64,000 nucleotides of DNA from contig NEEC01000004.1 in the NCBI GenBank assembly GCA_002189035.1, forward strand, positions 558,001 through 622,000, read 5' to 3'. This stretch comes from Utricularia gibba (lineage: Eukaryota; Plantae; Magnoliophyta). A program made the translations under genes and the position numbers. Within the stretch, counting starts at the first letter, position 1; each line of letters begins with the position of its first letter. Shown here piece by piece: positions 13,320 to 25,386 of the stretch. The notes beneath the pieces were generated by a model that did no database searches, had not been told where the DNA came from, and worked only from the letters and a program-made list of their open reading frames with translations.

Positions 13320-14362
13320 GTTTCCATCCTTGTAAAGAGAACATGAGACATGTGTACAGAAATTGGAATCCATCACTATGAGCAGCAGCATGATGGTGTG
13401 ATTTTGCGTTTTTCCCATAAAACGCTGTGAGGGATCCATTTTCATCTGTTGAGCTGTACTAGAATGCATAGGAGATTTCTGTAAACCATAAATAAATCTC
13501 CCTTCACCCTCTGCACTTGTCTGAGCCACAAGGACTGAGAAGAGGTTGCAGAATGCTTGTAGATCGACTTTGAACACATGAGGTTCTGGACGGTTGAATG
13601 ACATGATGGAGCAATGAATGTGAGGTGAACTGTGGGAGAGCATGTAGGGCCGTGATAGGTCATGATGGATGCGACTGATGCTCCCCATCACCACGACATG
13701 ATTGGGATGCCACAGAATTCATATCATCCGCACACCCAAACAAAACAACCATTTGGCAATTGGGTGCGCATAATCAATCTAAAAGTGGTTATAAAACCCT
13801 ATTCCCTTCATCTTGACGTGATGTGGATGTGCATATTGATTATGTTGTGCATCGTGTAGACTCAAAGTTTTGGGAAGGAATAAAAGCGAAAAGTGCCTAG
13901 TCGTATTCTTGTGCTATCAAATGTGCATGTTTGGCAGGTTATTCTACATCTTCAAATACATATATATCTATGTTTGATAGATGTATTTTTCGATATATAT
14001 ATATATGATTTGTAAAACATTTGTCTAATATCTTTAATCATATTTACTAAAGCTAGTGTTTTACATGGGTTAAAGTGATTTTTTTTTTTTTCAATATAAT
14101 GGCATTATAAATGTATATTTGTAAAATTTATAATCTTTATTTTCTAAATACAACGTTTCAAAAAAACAGTATAATAATATATTACTGATTAGTCCAACAG
14201 CCGTTGGGCCCAATGACTATGAAACCCAAGCCCAATCCACAATCAGAACATCAAGCCCATCGGGCCATCTGTATTACATAATACTGGAATGTTAGAATAA
14301 ACAAAAATGGAGAACAGCAGTCTTTGTCTTGTAATTATACGTGGAATAGCCGAGGCTACACG

Positions 14363-15152
14363 TCATACGGCGGCGCGTTTCGGGAACTTCATCCGGCAAC
14401 AAGGGCAGTCATCTCGGGTCTGCATCCATGGCTCCAAGCAGCCGGTGTGAAAGCGATGGGCGCAGGGCAGTTGCGTAAGGCTTCCTGTGCCGTCCTCCGC
14501 CGCCGTGAACTTCTCTAAACACACGGCGCATTCCCGTTGCTCCGAGGACTTCCAGTTTATTAACTTCAACCAAACGCTCAGTTTCCTTGAACCCATTCGA
14601 CACCTCAAAACGTCTCCTTGCGGTTTTACTTCACTCCTGGTAGTAAAAAAGAGGAAAGAATACCGACTAAGAAACCGATTTCTCGAAGATCAACAGGAGA
14701 ATTCAATTCACTGTACACCTGGACTCCTAACAGTGTAGCAAGGGAAGAAGAAATAGGTATATACCGTTTCTGGTACGACTTCAGTTGTGGCTGCAGCTTC
14801 AGATCCAGCCTCCTCTTCGCCTCCCTCGCTGCCGAATCCAGTCGGCTTTCATCATAAGCACACCGCCTGTCCACCGGATCCGCCGCCTGCAATCAACAGA
14901 CCCATTGAAGCGAAACCCAAACTCGATCTTTTTTCCTTTCCACAGGGCAACCGAAACGAACAGGTGGTGTGCATACCGTGGGTGAATGACTAGAATGGGC
15001 TTGACGGGTGGTGGCAGCGTAGAGGCATAGCGAAGGGCGGGGGAGTGACCGGCGGCATCCGATTTTCCGGCGCCGGCGGTGGGATTACTGTTCTTCGTAC
15101 CGTGAAGCCGTCTGATTCTAGCAGCTTCAACCCCGGGAAGCATACCCGCCAT
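14363..15152 (-). CDS. RING-H2 E3 ligase of the MAGMLPGVE family; apparent 1-bp deletion at 15039-15043
   Basis: N-terminus MAGMLPGVEAARIRR, middle DESRLDSAAREAKRRLD, C-terminal CAVCLEKF...LPCAHRFHTGCLEPWMQTRDDCPCCR. Restoring one base in the G5 run gives RPSLCLYA and makes the exon phases fit. Confidence 0.85.
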
Positions 15153-15623
15153 GGATTGATTCCTGGAGATAAACGAGAGAAAAAAAAAAAAAAAAGAGCC
15201 GCTGATTTTGGGTTCCCTAACAGAATTATCAACTAATATATTTATACTCGAAGAATTGTGAACCTTCCTCGAACTTCACTCCCCATTTAAAAATATTCCC
15301 CACAGTTTTATAATAAATAAAAATTCTAGTACATTATTTCTTTTTCCATGGACACTTCTACACTTCACATCCCTCCACACCCCTTTACAGAACTAGAGGG
15401 CGAAAGTGAATTGATTCCAAGCATCAAACATCCAACTCCAGAATTCCAGTCTTTGGTTGCAAAATGCCAAGCACAATACCAGTTCCATGATAAACGGATA
15501 AGTATGCTGCATTTTGTAAATTGTTTAGATTTTTAGCTATATACTTTAACATAAAATATATTTTATAATTTGAAATAGATGAATTTAATTATAATAGATA
15601 AATTATATAAGAATTTTAATATA

Positions 15624-15646
15624 ACACACACACACACACACACACA
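15624..15646. repeat. (AC)n microsatellite
   Basis: About 11 contiguous AC units. Confidence 0.9.
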
Positions 15647-16507
15647 TTTATTTTATTTTGAATAAATACATAGAGCGGATTTAAATACTTATATAATATA
15701 AAATATTCTTAAAACCAACATTAAACACAATCATATACGCATCACGCATCTAATTTGATAAAATGAATTTAATACAAATACTTTTTTGTGTTCAGGTATT
15801 AATTTAAGTGTTGATTTACGTATTTTTTTAAAAAAAAACAAAAGTTAATCGTATTTACTCAATAATTTTTACCATCAAATGTGACTCTTCCCAACAACTG
15901 ACGCGGTTTTGGAAACGCGTCCCCCCTTCTTGACCGTACCTGCCACAATAACATATTGATCACGAAAATGGGCAGGAAGATCGAGGGAAACTTCATGGAA
16001 ATCCAGACTCTCCCCTCCCCACCTTTTCTTTTTCATTTTTTATAATGCAAAAGGATACGAAAATCAGATATATTTTTTTAAAAAGATGATTTTAAATTTG
16101 CACTTCGTAAATTATACACATTTTTTAAATTTTAATTGTGGGTTTGAGCATATTGTTTTTAATTTTAACTAATTCATATGTAATTCTTTAAAAAAATCCC
16201 GCGAGTATTTGGATATTGTAAACATTTTTATTACATAGATTTCTGTACCTATGTAAAATTAAATTTATATACCAAACAATCCAATCGTTTATCCTAATTA
16301 TTCAAATTTGAGACTTTCCATTTACAAAGTATTAGACACAAAGGACAAGTGGATAAGAAGTATTACCACTTATAGTTGTACATAATAAAACTAAATGATT
16401 TTCTGTTAATGTGTATTTTTTTTTTATAAGTACGGTACGGTGCTCTTCTTGTTGGTAGTAGTGGGTGGGTACGGGATTAAATCCCAGGCTGGACCGGCCC
16501 GGCCCAA

Positions 16508-16946
16508 TCACATGCAATACGTGTATTTGTTGGATCCTTTGGTGATGTCCGATTTCCACTGTAACTGAGACTGGAGTAGCCTCTGATCCAGCCGCCTCTT
16601 CGCCTCCTTAGCAGCCGGGTCCAGGTGGCTCTCGTCGTCGGCCTCTTCCTGTCCGATCAGCTGCCGTGACTGTTTTTGTTTTTTTTCCAAAGGACAACCC
16701 ACGAAGCAATTAAAACATCAGCAAGGTGTAATTGTGTGATTATGATTGATGGGTTACCGTGGCCCAAGGAGGTGAGATGAATTCCAGGGTACTGGAGTAA
16801 AGGCAGTAGAAGGGGCGGCGAGTGTGCCCCGAGCTCGAAGACGACGGCGACGGTGGAGGAACCTCGGTGCCGTACTTGATTGCGGCTTTGGTGTTGTAAC
16901 ACCTTCTTCTTCGTGCTGTTTCTATGCCTGGAAGCTGGCCTGCCAT
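16508..16946 (-). CDS. Tandem paralog of the upstream RING-H2 gene lacking the RING domain
   Basis: Exons 16758-16946 (MAGQLPGIETARRRR...TRRPFYCLYSS) and 16508-16669 (DDESHLDPAAKEAKRRLDQRL...YTYCM-stop). No RING-encoding exon was found down to 15.2 kb. Confidence 0.72.
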
Positions 16947-17634
16947 GGATTTCGAGATTTTGGGATTTGGATTTCGCAGTTTTATGGTTCTGGGTTATTT
17001 AAAGGTGATAAGATCAGCCGGAGCAAAATCAATTTCAGTAAATGCGTAATGGAAGTCAATCAAGTAATGCTTAGTAGAAGGTTCCAAGTTACTGCACAGC
17101 GCCTAATGTCAAAGATTGTGATAGGATCGATATAATTCACCAAAGACGATGGCTTTCCTCTTTAGTTGACGTATCTTCTTTTAAGATAAGGGTGTTTCCT
17201 GTGCCGGGATTCATGCGACACCGACCGGACGGAGTCGTCGGAGAAACCGAATAAAAGGCACAGGACACGGCACACCAGACACTACAGAGCACAGGGAGTG
17301 CGGATTTTACAGACGATAAGTTGCTGATTTTGGCATGCTCTATATCAACAATCATCTCACTTGAACAAACAATCATCTTACAACGTGTTCTTTTCAAGTT
17401 TTCCACAATATATAAACACACGCATACACATATATATAACCCCGTTTCTAGAATGCTGCAGTTTTCAAGCCTTTGCAATGGTTTGATCAATGTGGAAAGG
17501 AATTAAAGCTAGAAAAACTAACTTAGAGCAGCGCCTACGAGGATAACCATGAAATGCTGTGCCTTGAGTTGCTGTGCATGTCATTCCTTGGAGCTGCTGA
17601 GCGGTTTGTGACCGTGGAACTTGGAAGCTATTGT

Positions 17635-20056
17635 TCACACATAATGCTCATTGGCTGATGTTTTCCCACCTTCGCCACTATTTGACAGCAAGGGAAAACA
17701 AGCTGAGGAACTTGTATGATCTAGATTACTTTGTCGTCATTTCATAACAGAGAGATCTTGATGCCTACCTCTTGCGCTTGCTTTTCTGAGAAGACGATGA
17801 CGAAGGGTTGCTGTGCCAGTTGCGCTTTCTTTGATTGATGAACCAGTTGTTTATCTGTTTCAGCTGCAACCCTGTTTCTTGAACTAGTCTTGCCTTGTCT
17901 TCCTCCTAAAGGCAGAGATATAGCAGTTAGTGCCTTGTTTTACTTGTGAATGTAGGATACATTCGATCAGTCAGCGCAAGTGCTTCTTACAGTTGGATAA
18001 GGCCACTTGGAGTGTGCTTGCCACCAGGCTTTCAGCACTGATGTAGTATCGCCAGGGAGCTTCCCGGCCCTCCTTTTTCGTAGTATCTCTTCTCTGATAT
18101 CCACAATCTTGTCCTTGTAACCCTGCACAAAGAATCCAATGCCAGAACTGAGCAAACATTCCAGAAAGAAAGGCTTGGCAGGATAAGGGAACCGCATGTT
18201 TCCACCTGTTTAAGCTCATGCTTCAACTCCTGCCTCACTCTTTCCATCAAGGATCTCTCTGATTCCGTTGGAACTAATGGACCGAACCCCATGCTGTCAG
18301 ATCCATCGAAACTTTCATCGAACAAATTGGTATCGCTGTCTGCCTGATCCTCATCATCATCGGACATGGTTGCTCCGGATCCTTCTCCCGGGGCCACCCC
18401 TATGGCAAGGGAAAACAATGCAATCACTATCCGCTAACATACCCATATCATTCATTCGTTAGATCAATCAGTTTCATTGCAGTTTGCCCCTTGAAGCTTA
18501 GCCTCAGTCTAGTGATCCCAGGGAATGGCTGGTGAATGATTACCTGTCAAGCTCTGGAGAGATTGCTCAAGTTCCCAACATGCCATGACTGCTTCCATGG
18601 CATGTACACGAACGTGCTGCTGCAGCTGTTCTTTAAACGAGGATAGCAGAAGAACATAGTGCGTCTGGACAACAAGTGAGGTTCTCAGATTAGATACCCC
18701 ACTGAATATGCAGCCTCTAAGGAACTATGCCCCATGTCCATGATGAATTAGCACAGCAAAAGTGCAAAATTAAGTACATAGTGGAGCAGGAAAAGCTTGA
18801 GTGGCTAAAACGTAAGCCTTCAAATCACTGGAAAAAAAGAAAGATTAGTCCTTTGAATAGATAAGAAGAAGTGGTATTGCAGTCAGACCAGATAGGACAA
18901 TTCCAGTCATGTTCTTCCGGGAACCCATCCATGTGAAAACACCACGAACTACAGGATCCTAGTTTTGGGGTTTGCTTTTGTAACTGTGGACACTTTCGAC
19001 TTTTGAATCCAACTTTTCAAAACAGTAATTGCAGTGAGCAGCCTTAACACCATTACGAGGACAGTACAAAATCATAAGTGACTTCAACTTCACACAGATG
19101 CAAGATACTTCAGATACGCTGATACGCATACTCTTGTAAGATTTATCCGTCTATACACTTGTTTAAACTAAGTGCAAGCAAAGTTCAAGCTGGAAGACTT
19201 GTTATGGGTTGCAGAACCTCGAGATCAGAGCCAGAGATCCAAAAGTTGGTGTTGTGCAGAGAAAAAAGATTAAGAAATTACAAGGGGGGCTGAAGATTTT
19301 TGCTACGGGATGGGGGAGAATCAGAATCAGAAAGAACTTATGATCATCTCTGCCCAAGTAAAGGAATTAAGTTACCAGAAAAGCGTAAGCAATAAATTAT
19401 CAAGAAGAAAGAGACAATCGCAGTATTCCTTCCATATAGAAACAGTGCAGCATAAAATCTGTCGCCAGCGAAGAAGATGAAGATGAAGGTGATGATGAGG
19501 AAAATTACCATGAAATGGTCGAGGTCCTTTTCATCGAGCGGCGGCTGACCGTGCCCGAAAACGGAATATTTAGCGACGACTTGCTGTGACTGGGCGAGCT
19601 GGGCGTCGATTCTGGGTAACTGGTCCACCGGCGTTGCGATTCGAAGGCAAGCCACGTGCGCCGACAAGAGCTCCTCATACAGTGGGTGATTCAGAATATC
19701 GGCCTTACACTTCTCCCTCTCCCAGTTGGTCCCTCCACCGCCGCTGCTATTATCGGCATCCCCTCCGGGTCCGGGTCCGGCGTCGTGGAGTTGATGATCG
19801 GGTTTATCCCTAGGAGAATTCGAATTGGGGCTGGGTTGACTCTGGGTCGTGGGAGCCACTGGTGGTGGAGGACGGCGGCGTTGTTGAGCCAGGCCGTGGT
19901 TGTGGTAGGCTGCTGTTGTTTATCATCAGGGGAGTGACGGTGATCGGGAATCATAGACCGGAAAACCGAGGGCTGGGCAGTGGAGGGGTCGGCGGCGTAG
20001 TGGATGGGCATTTCCCGAGGCAGATGGTGGTGGTCCTGGAACGCCATAGCCTCCAA
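17635..20056 (-). CDS. Class II KNOX homeodomain protein (KNAT3/4/5-like); apparent frameshift in exon 1 at about 19844-19860
   Basis: KNOX1 ([37 protein letters not shown]), KNOX2 ([41 protein letters not shown]), ELK and homeodomain ([28 protein letters not shown]...[13 protein letters not shown]). Exons 19509-20056, 18544-18664, 18206-18399, 17991-18122, 17769-17905, 17635-17677. Confidence 0.92.
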
Positions 20057-21063
20057 TTTCTTGCTGTGAGAGAAGTGACGCCGATGATGTTATCACTGTT
20101 GTTATATAGTAGTCCCCTTTTCCCTCTCCTCGTTCACACTTTCACACTCCCATGGGGGTCCCCGTCGACATGGCCACCATCCCCCAATCCTAAAGCTCCC
20201 AGGACTTCCCGATCAAATCCAAACCTGTAGAAAAAAAGGGGAAGATTGAAGCACACATTTAATTTATTTAAAAATGTTGGATAATCACATTTTCTTATAT
20301 AATATATTTTTTAAACCGGGTCAGGGTAATCGGGTCGCGAAACATCAGATAATAACCAACCCTGACACCGAGGACGACCCCGTAGATTCGCCACGTGTTG
20401 ATCTGCACTTTCATGGACCACTGACAGCAAGGGACCACATCGAAACACGCGCCGATAGTAGGCCACCAGCCCATTGCATAAACCACACGCGCCGCCGCCG
20501 GGTGCGCCCCGCCCCACAAAGCAAGCGAGCTGCGGTCCCCGTGGGGCCATCTCATGACACGCCTTCTTTTTTGTTGTTTTTCAGAGTTATTTTGATTCTC
20601 TTTTTTTTCATTTTCGGGCTATTGAATTTAAATAGAATAAAAAAATAAATATTTACTAATGAAATATTTAAATAAATAGATACCCCATGCCTTATCTTTT
20701 GATTTATCTACTATTTTTTAAAATTCACTTTATTGTATAAAAATATACCAAACATTCTCTCACTTAAAGTTATTTTGATTTCACTTGAATTGTTTAAATT
20801 CAAGTGAAACACTTTAAATTGGGCGTCACCAAACATTCTCTCGCTCTCACACACATTAAATTAAAAAATTTATATTATAGATAATTATTTTTTTCATATA
20901 ATATTTGACATGGCCAGATTTATATTTCATACCACCAAAAATTGCTTAGTACGTGTAAGGTTGTATTGAGTGGTCTGAAATGGAATATGGAGAGGGCACC
21001 GGTTCATTCATTAAACCGGTTTGGTTGGATTTGAGATGGTCCCCTCGTCCCAGTTTGTCGTCT

Positions 21064-21512
21064 TTAGACTTGGCGCCGGTTGTTCTCTTGTACACATCCA
21101 TTGACCCCAACCCAATAAAGCTTTGGTCTCACCTCAGGACCACCATCTTCGTCCCATGGAAAGCAAAAGGCGTAACATGACAAAGCATTTGAGCCTTGGA
21201 TGGAGAAATGGAGCCAATTATTGAGTGTTTCACAGTACGGTGCCTTGTTTTCCCAAAGAACCATCCCATCACTGGGATGCAGCATCGCTTGAGGAGAAAA
21301 AGGGTCCGGTCTCCCAAGGACTCAATCGTGGTTAACTGAAATTTGCAAGTGTTGAGAAGAAGGTTAGAGGTTTTCTGTACTGGCAGAGGCCTTGAATGAA
21401 TGTCTAGATGCAATGGAACAGTGAATCTCGGGAAGAGGAACGCACACAGCAGCAGCAGAAAAAGAAGAAGAATCTGTGCAACTGTGATTGCAGATGCATC
21501 ATTCATGTTCAT
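21064..21512 (-). CDS. Candidate ~149-aa secreted Cys-containing protein split by a frameshift at 21313-21315
   Basis: A hydrophobic N-terminus (ILLLFLLLLCAFLF) in one frame is joined to a Cys/Trp-rich ORF (21064-21285 frame) by adding one base to a 3-nt run. Family not established. Confidence 0.35.
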
Positions 21513-22743
21513 AGCAGACAATAGAGAGAGCACCCGGAACTTGAACATGTCCAGCAACGCCTTCTGGTTAACCAGTCCGTTCAAGGTCTTCAAAGACAAC
21601 ATTTTCTGTATCCTTTTTTTTTAACAAAAGACAACCAATTTCTAGTTCAGACAAAACATTTTTGCTTCTCACACTGCAGCCACAATCTTCATGTGCTGTG
21701 TGTACATTTTAAGATACTCGAAAGTTGAAAAATCCATGAAAACTCAAAAATGAAAGCAGAAAGGGTACTTCTATTGGGCTTGAGGCTGAAGGGGATGTAA
21801 AATGCAGGCCAGAAGAAGTGGACACAGGACTGGGTTCGGATGCTTGGCTTTTGCTTCAAGCTCAAGTGTAGTTGTATTTTTTTAATAGTATATGAATACA
21901 ACTTGTGCTTGTGTTTTGGCTTAAACAAGTGTTTTCGACACTTTGTCATTACAAAAAGCTACAATCGTAAACTTCACTTCATGCCACAAATCCACCAAAT
22001 TAAATAATATATATTTATCCTTAATTTGATGGTAATTGATATTAATTCGATAGATTAATTATCAAAACAATTATTTTAATTTATGATGAAACATAAGCAT
22101 ATGTTTTGAATAAGTTTGGTTACTTATATGATATGAAAGGATAATACAATACTACGAATTATCAATGTTATTCTACTGATTAATAATGAATTCATTTTTT
22201 ATTTTAATATTTCATACAAATTCTAATAACATTTGAAGGTTAATATAAATATTATTCTTAAAAAAAATTAAACTATAACAATTTGATAATATTTTATATA
22301 AACATAATTATAAAATTATATATCCAAAATTTGTATTTAAATAATATTTTATATAAAATATTTTTTTCAAATCTATCATTTTTGTACAAAAATAAAGTCA
22401 TATCACACACGCAAAAGAAATATAAGCTACTTTGATGAATAACAATTTTCTATACGAAAATGATTGTATAGCATACTGTTTGTCGTGTAGGGACGAATTG
22501 AAAGCAGGTTTTGTAATTCAGTCTCATTGAAAAGATTGAAGGAATATACAAAAGAATGATGCTTCCAAAAAAAATTCTCACAACTTGGCAGTTTCCTTTA
22601 CCTTCAAGCAACTCCTCTCCATTTCATATGATTATTTTTGTCTCTTTATATAGCGACTACTGTTGATCCATCCCCATCCTCTTCTTGATTTCTGGTTAAT
22701 TCCAGTTCTTCTCTCGTGTTTTGGTAAAGAAGCAGAAGGAGCC

Positions 22744-23899
22744 ATGTATGCGGCCGGGAGGTCGGTCTCCGGTGGGGAGCAAGAAGATGACTTTGATGTG
22801 GCACAGCTTCCACCGGGTTTCCGGTTCCACCCCACGGACACCGAGATCATTGTGGACTACTTGTTGAAGAAGGCGGCGGACCGGGGCTTCACTTCTGTAG
22901 CCATCGGAGAAGCTGATCTCAACAAGTGTGAACCCTGGGATTTGCATAGTAACAACCCTCGTCTTTTTTTTTTTTTTTTGTTAATGGTCTTTCTGTCCCT
23001 CCTTCATGCTATGGTATGCATGATTCATGTTTGTGCAGGTAAGAGTAAGTTGGGAGAAAGGGAATGGTTCTTTTTCTTCCAAAGGGATCGGAAGTATCCG
23101 ACGGGGATGCGAACGAATCGCGCAACGGAATCGGGGTACTGGAAAGCTACAGGAAAAGATAAAGAGATCTACAAGGGTAAGGATGCAGATTTTCTAGTTG
23201 GAATGAAGAAAACCCTCGTTTTCTATAAGGGAAGAGCACCCAAGGGAGAAAAATCCGTTTGGGTGATGCATGAATATCGACTCGTGGCCGATCTCTCCAG
23301 CTGCAACCTCCCAAGGAATGTTACTATGGTACAAAAAAATAGAGTATGTTTGATTCTCAGGATGTTTGAGTAGTTGCTGAACAGTTTTCCTCCCCATGCA
23401 GGGGAATGGGTGGTTTGTAGGGTTTTCCACAAGAACAAGGCCTACAGACGAAACCCCGAGATCGATTTACCGCAACCTTCAGTTTTCGTCACAAGAACAA
23501 GGCCTATCGATTTACCGCAACCTTCCTCGTCATATCGAAGGCTCGCCATTGCCACAATCAAGAAACTACAGTGAAGATGATGATCACAAGGGAAACTTCA
23601 TTCATCCCCAACGCAACCACCTTCCCAGCCCTACTTCCTCATTGTCCATCTCTTATGATCCTCACCCTAACAACATTTTCTATTCCCAAAGCAACCCATA
23701 TCATCAGCATATCCCCCTGCGCCCTTCACATCCCATGGACAGTAATAGAGAATATCCCCGGTCGGAAAACAACCCGGCGATCAGACCTTCAGCAGAAGGA
23801 AGGGAGAACGGGGGCAAGGAAGGGCTTGATCTACAACTCAATGACATAAATCTCGGTCCCATCGACATTTCAGAGTTGAATTCTTTCTGGAACTACTGA
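22744..23899 (+). CDS. NAC transcription factor (C-terminal WNY, NAC100/ORE1-like); exon 3 reading frame anomalous
   Basis: [76 protein letters not shown]. Exons 22744-22948, 23039-23328, 23402-23899; ends [14 protein letters not shown]. Confidence 0.88.
23421..23525 (+). repeat. Imperfect tandem duplication (60 + 45 bp) in NAC exon 3
   Basis: cacaagaacaaggcct and atcgatttaccgcaaccttc each occur twice; the second copy is net 15 bp shorter. Confidence 0.85.
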
Positions 23900-24716
23900 C
23901 CCTTGTGATTTCGCTGGCAGTACAGGCTCTTTTTGCAGAATGGTATTGTAGCTGTGAATCCAGGTCTCTAGTATCAATGTACACAGACCCATAAACCATC
24001 ATTAATTTGAGGATACTTACCTCACGAGAAACATTGATTATAGCAACAGATTCCCCAAAGTTCCACACCATACCCACATTAGATGAATCTGAGTCCATCA
24101 GGTTCAATGCATGGTTACATTTATGTAGTAGATGCACTCAAGTGAAGATGCAGATAGATTCTGCGCAAAAGCGCGCATTAAAGGGCAGTGATGACTTAGA
24201 AGACGACAAGCAACATTGAGGGGTGACCCGAAGGTGGGTGAGCACTGGAACCAGAGACCTTCTTGTTGAAGATGATGCTTAAGCGAACGGCAAATTCCAC
24301 TTCATGTTTCCATCAGTTGAGCAACTTGATCCGGATCACCCGAACCCGGGGATTATCCATTTTCGACCCGATCCATTCAACAAAATGTTGATTATTCCGT
24401 CCTAATGCTGCGTGCACGCCACGTGTCTTGGAGTAAATTATATTATAATTATAGTCATAAATATCTAAATTAATATTACCTGCAAATTACTCCAAGTAGC
24501 GTGCCGACCCGAGTTACTACTACTATATAAGGAAAGGGGAGCGGCACGCTAATCTCGGATTACGTGTCCATAACCTTAGTTTAAGTCCACCTAAATCCTA
24601 TGACAAGATTTAAGGGCATTTTTATTTAATAAAAAAATAAAAGCTGAAAATATACGACTTCAAAAGATATTTGAAGGAACGATCAGATCTTATCGATCGA
24701 GGGTTCCTGGAGATCC

Positions 24717-25019
24717 TTACTCATCGTCTTCGGTGTTGCGGAGGACCAATTGCGAGACTGTCCTCGGGATCTCCGCCACAGGCGATGATGTCGCCGATCG
24801 GCCGGCGAGTATAAGACTGCCTTCGCTCCCCGAGCGGCGGATCGGAAACGAGAGGGTGTTCTTGTGGCCGTGGAGCGAGCAGTTCCGTCGTGATTCGTGG
24901 AGCGCGCAACTGCAGTTCCGGTGGTAGGGGCGCTGCTGGATGCCGCTGTCCTCCGCTGCAATACAAGCCTCGAACAGGCCGCGGAACAGTCCGTCTCCGG
25001 GCGCCGTCCCCGTCGCCAT
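24717..25019 (-). CDS. Plant-specific 100-aa protein with RPYHRNCSCALH motif
   Basis: Intronless ORF MATGTAPGDGLFRGLFEACIAAEDSGIQQRPYHRNCSCALH...LSFPIRRSGSEGSL; the motif is recognised from an uncharacterised plant family. Confidence 0.8.
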   Translation of the reverse strand: MATGTAPGDGLFRGLFEACIAAEDSGIQQRPYHRNCSCALHESRRNCSLHGHKNTLSFPIRRSGSEGSLILAGRSATSSPVAEIPRTVSQLVLRNTEDDE

Positions 25020-25386
25020 CGAAACCTTGACCTTGGACGGAAAAACGAAGACGCAGTAGTCGTTCAGCGTAAATAAGGAATCTCTGGACCGCGGGGCCTC
25101 AGGCTGGCAAAAAAAAGGCGCCCGTGTTTCGACACATGCTGCGGCCAGGTGTAAAGCAACGCACACGGCGCAATAATTAATAAATTCATGATATTATTTA
25201 TTTTTAAATTTTCCAACCGAAATAAAAAATAATAATAAAATACCAAATTAATTGTCTGATATGACCACTTTCGGAGGACCTGCGTGTAAATAACAAAAGA
25301 TGGAGGTGCAAATGTGAAAACAACCACCACTAATATGCCTGTCTCTGCGTGCGGCTCTGGAAGCAGGAACTTTTGAGGTAACAACG

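Noticed and set aside
17185-17275. Inverted repeat cctgtgcc/ggcacagg with an inner ccgac/gtcgg stem
   Set aside because: Stems are short with a large unpaired interior and no known miRNA; compatible with chance.
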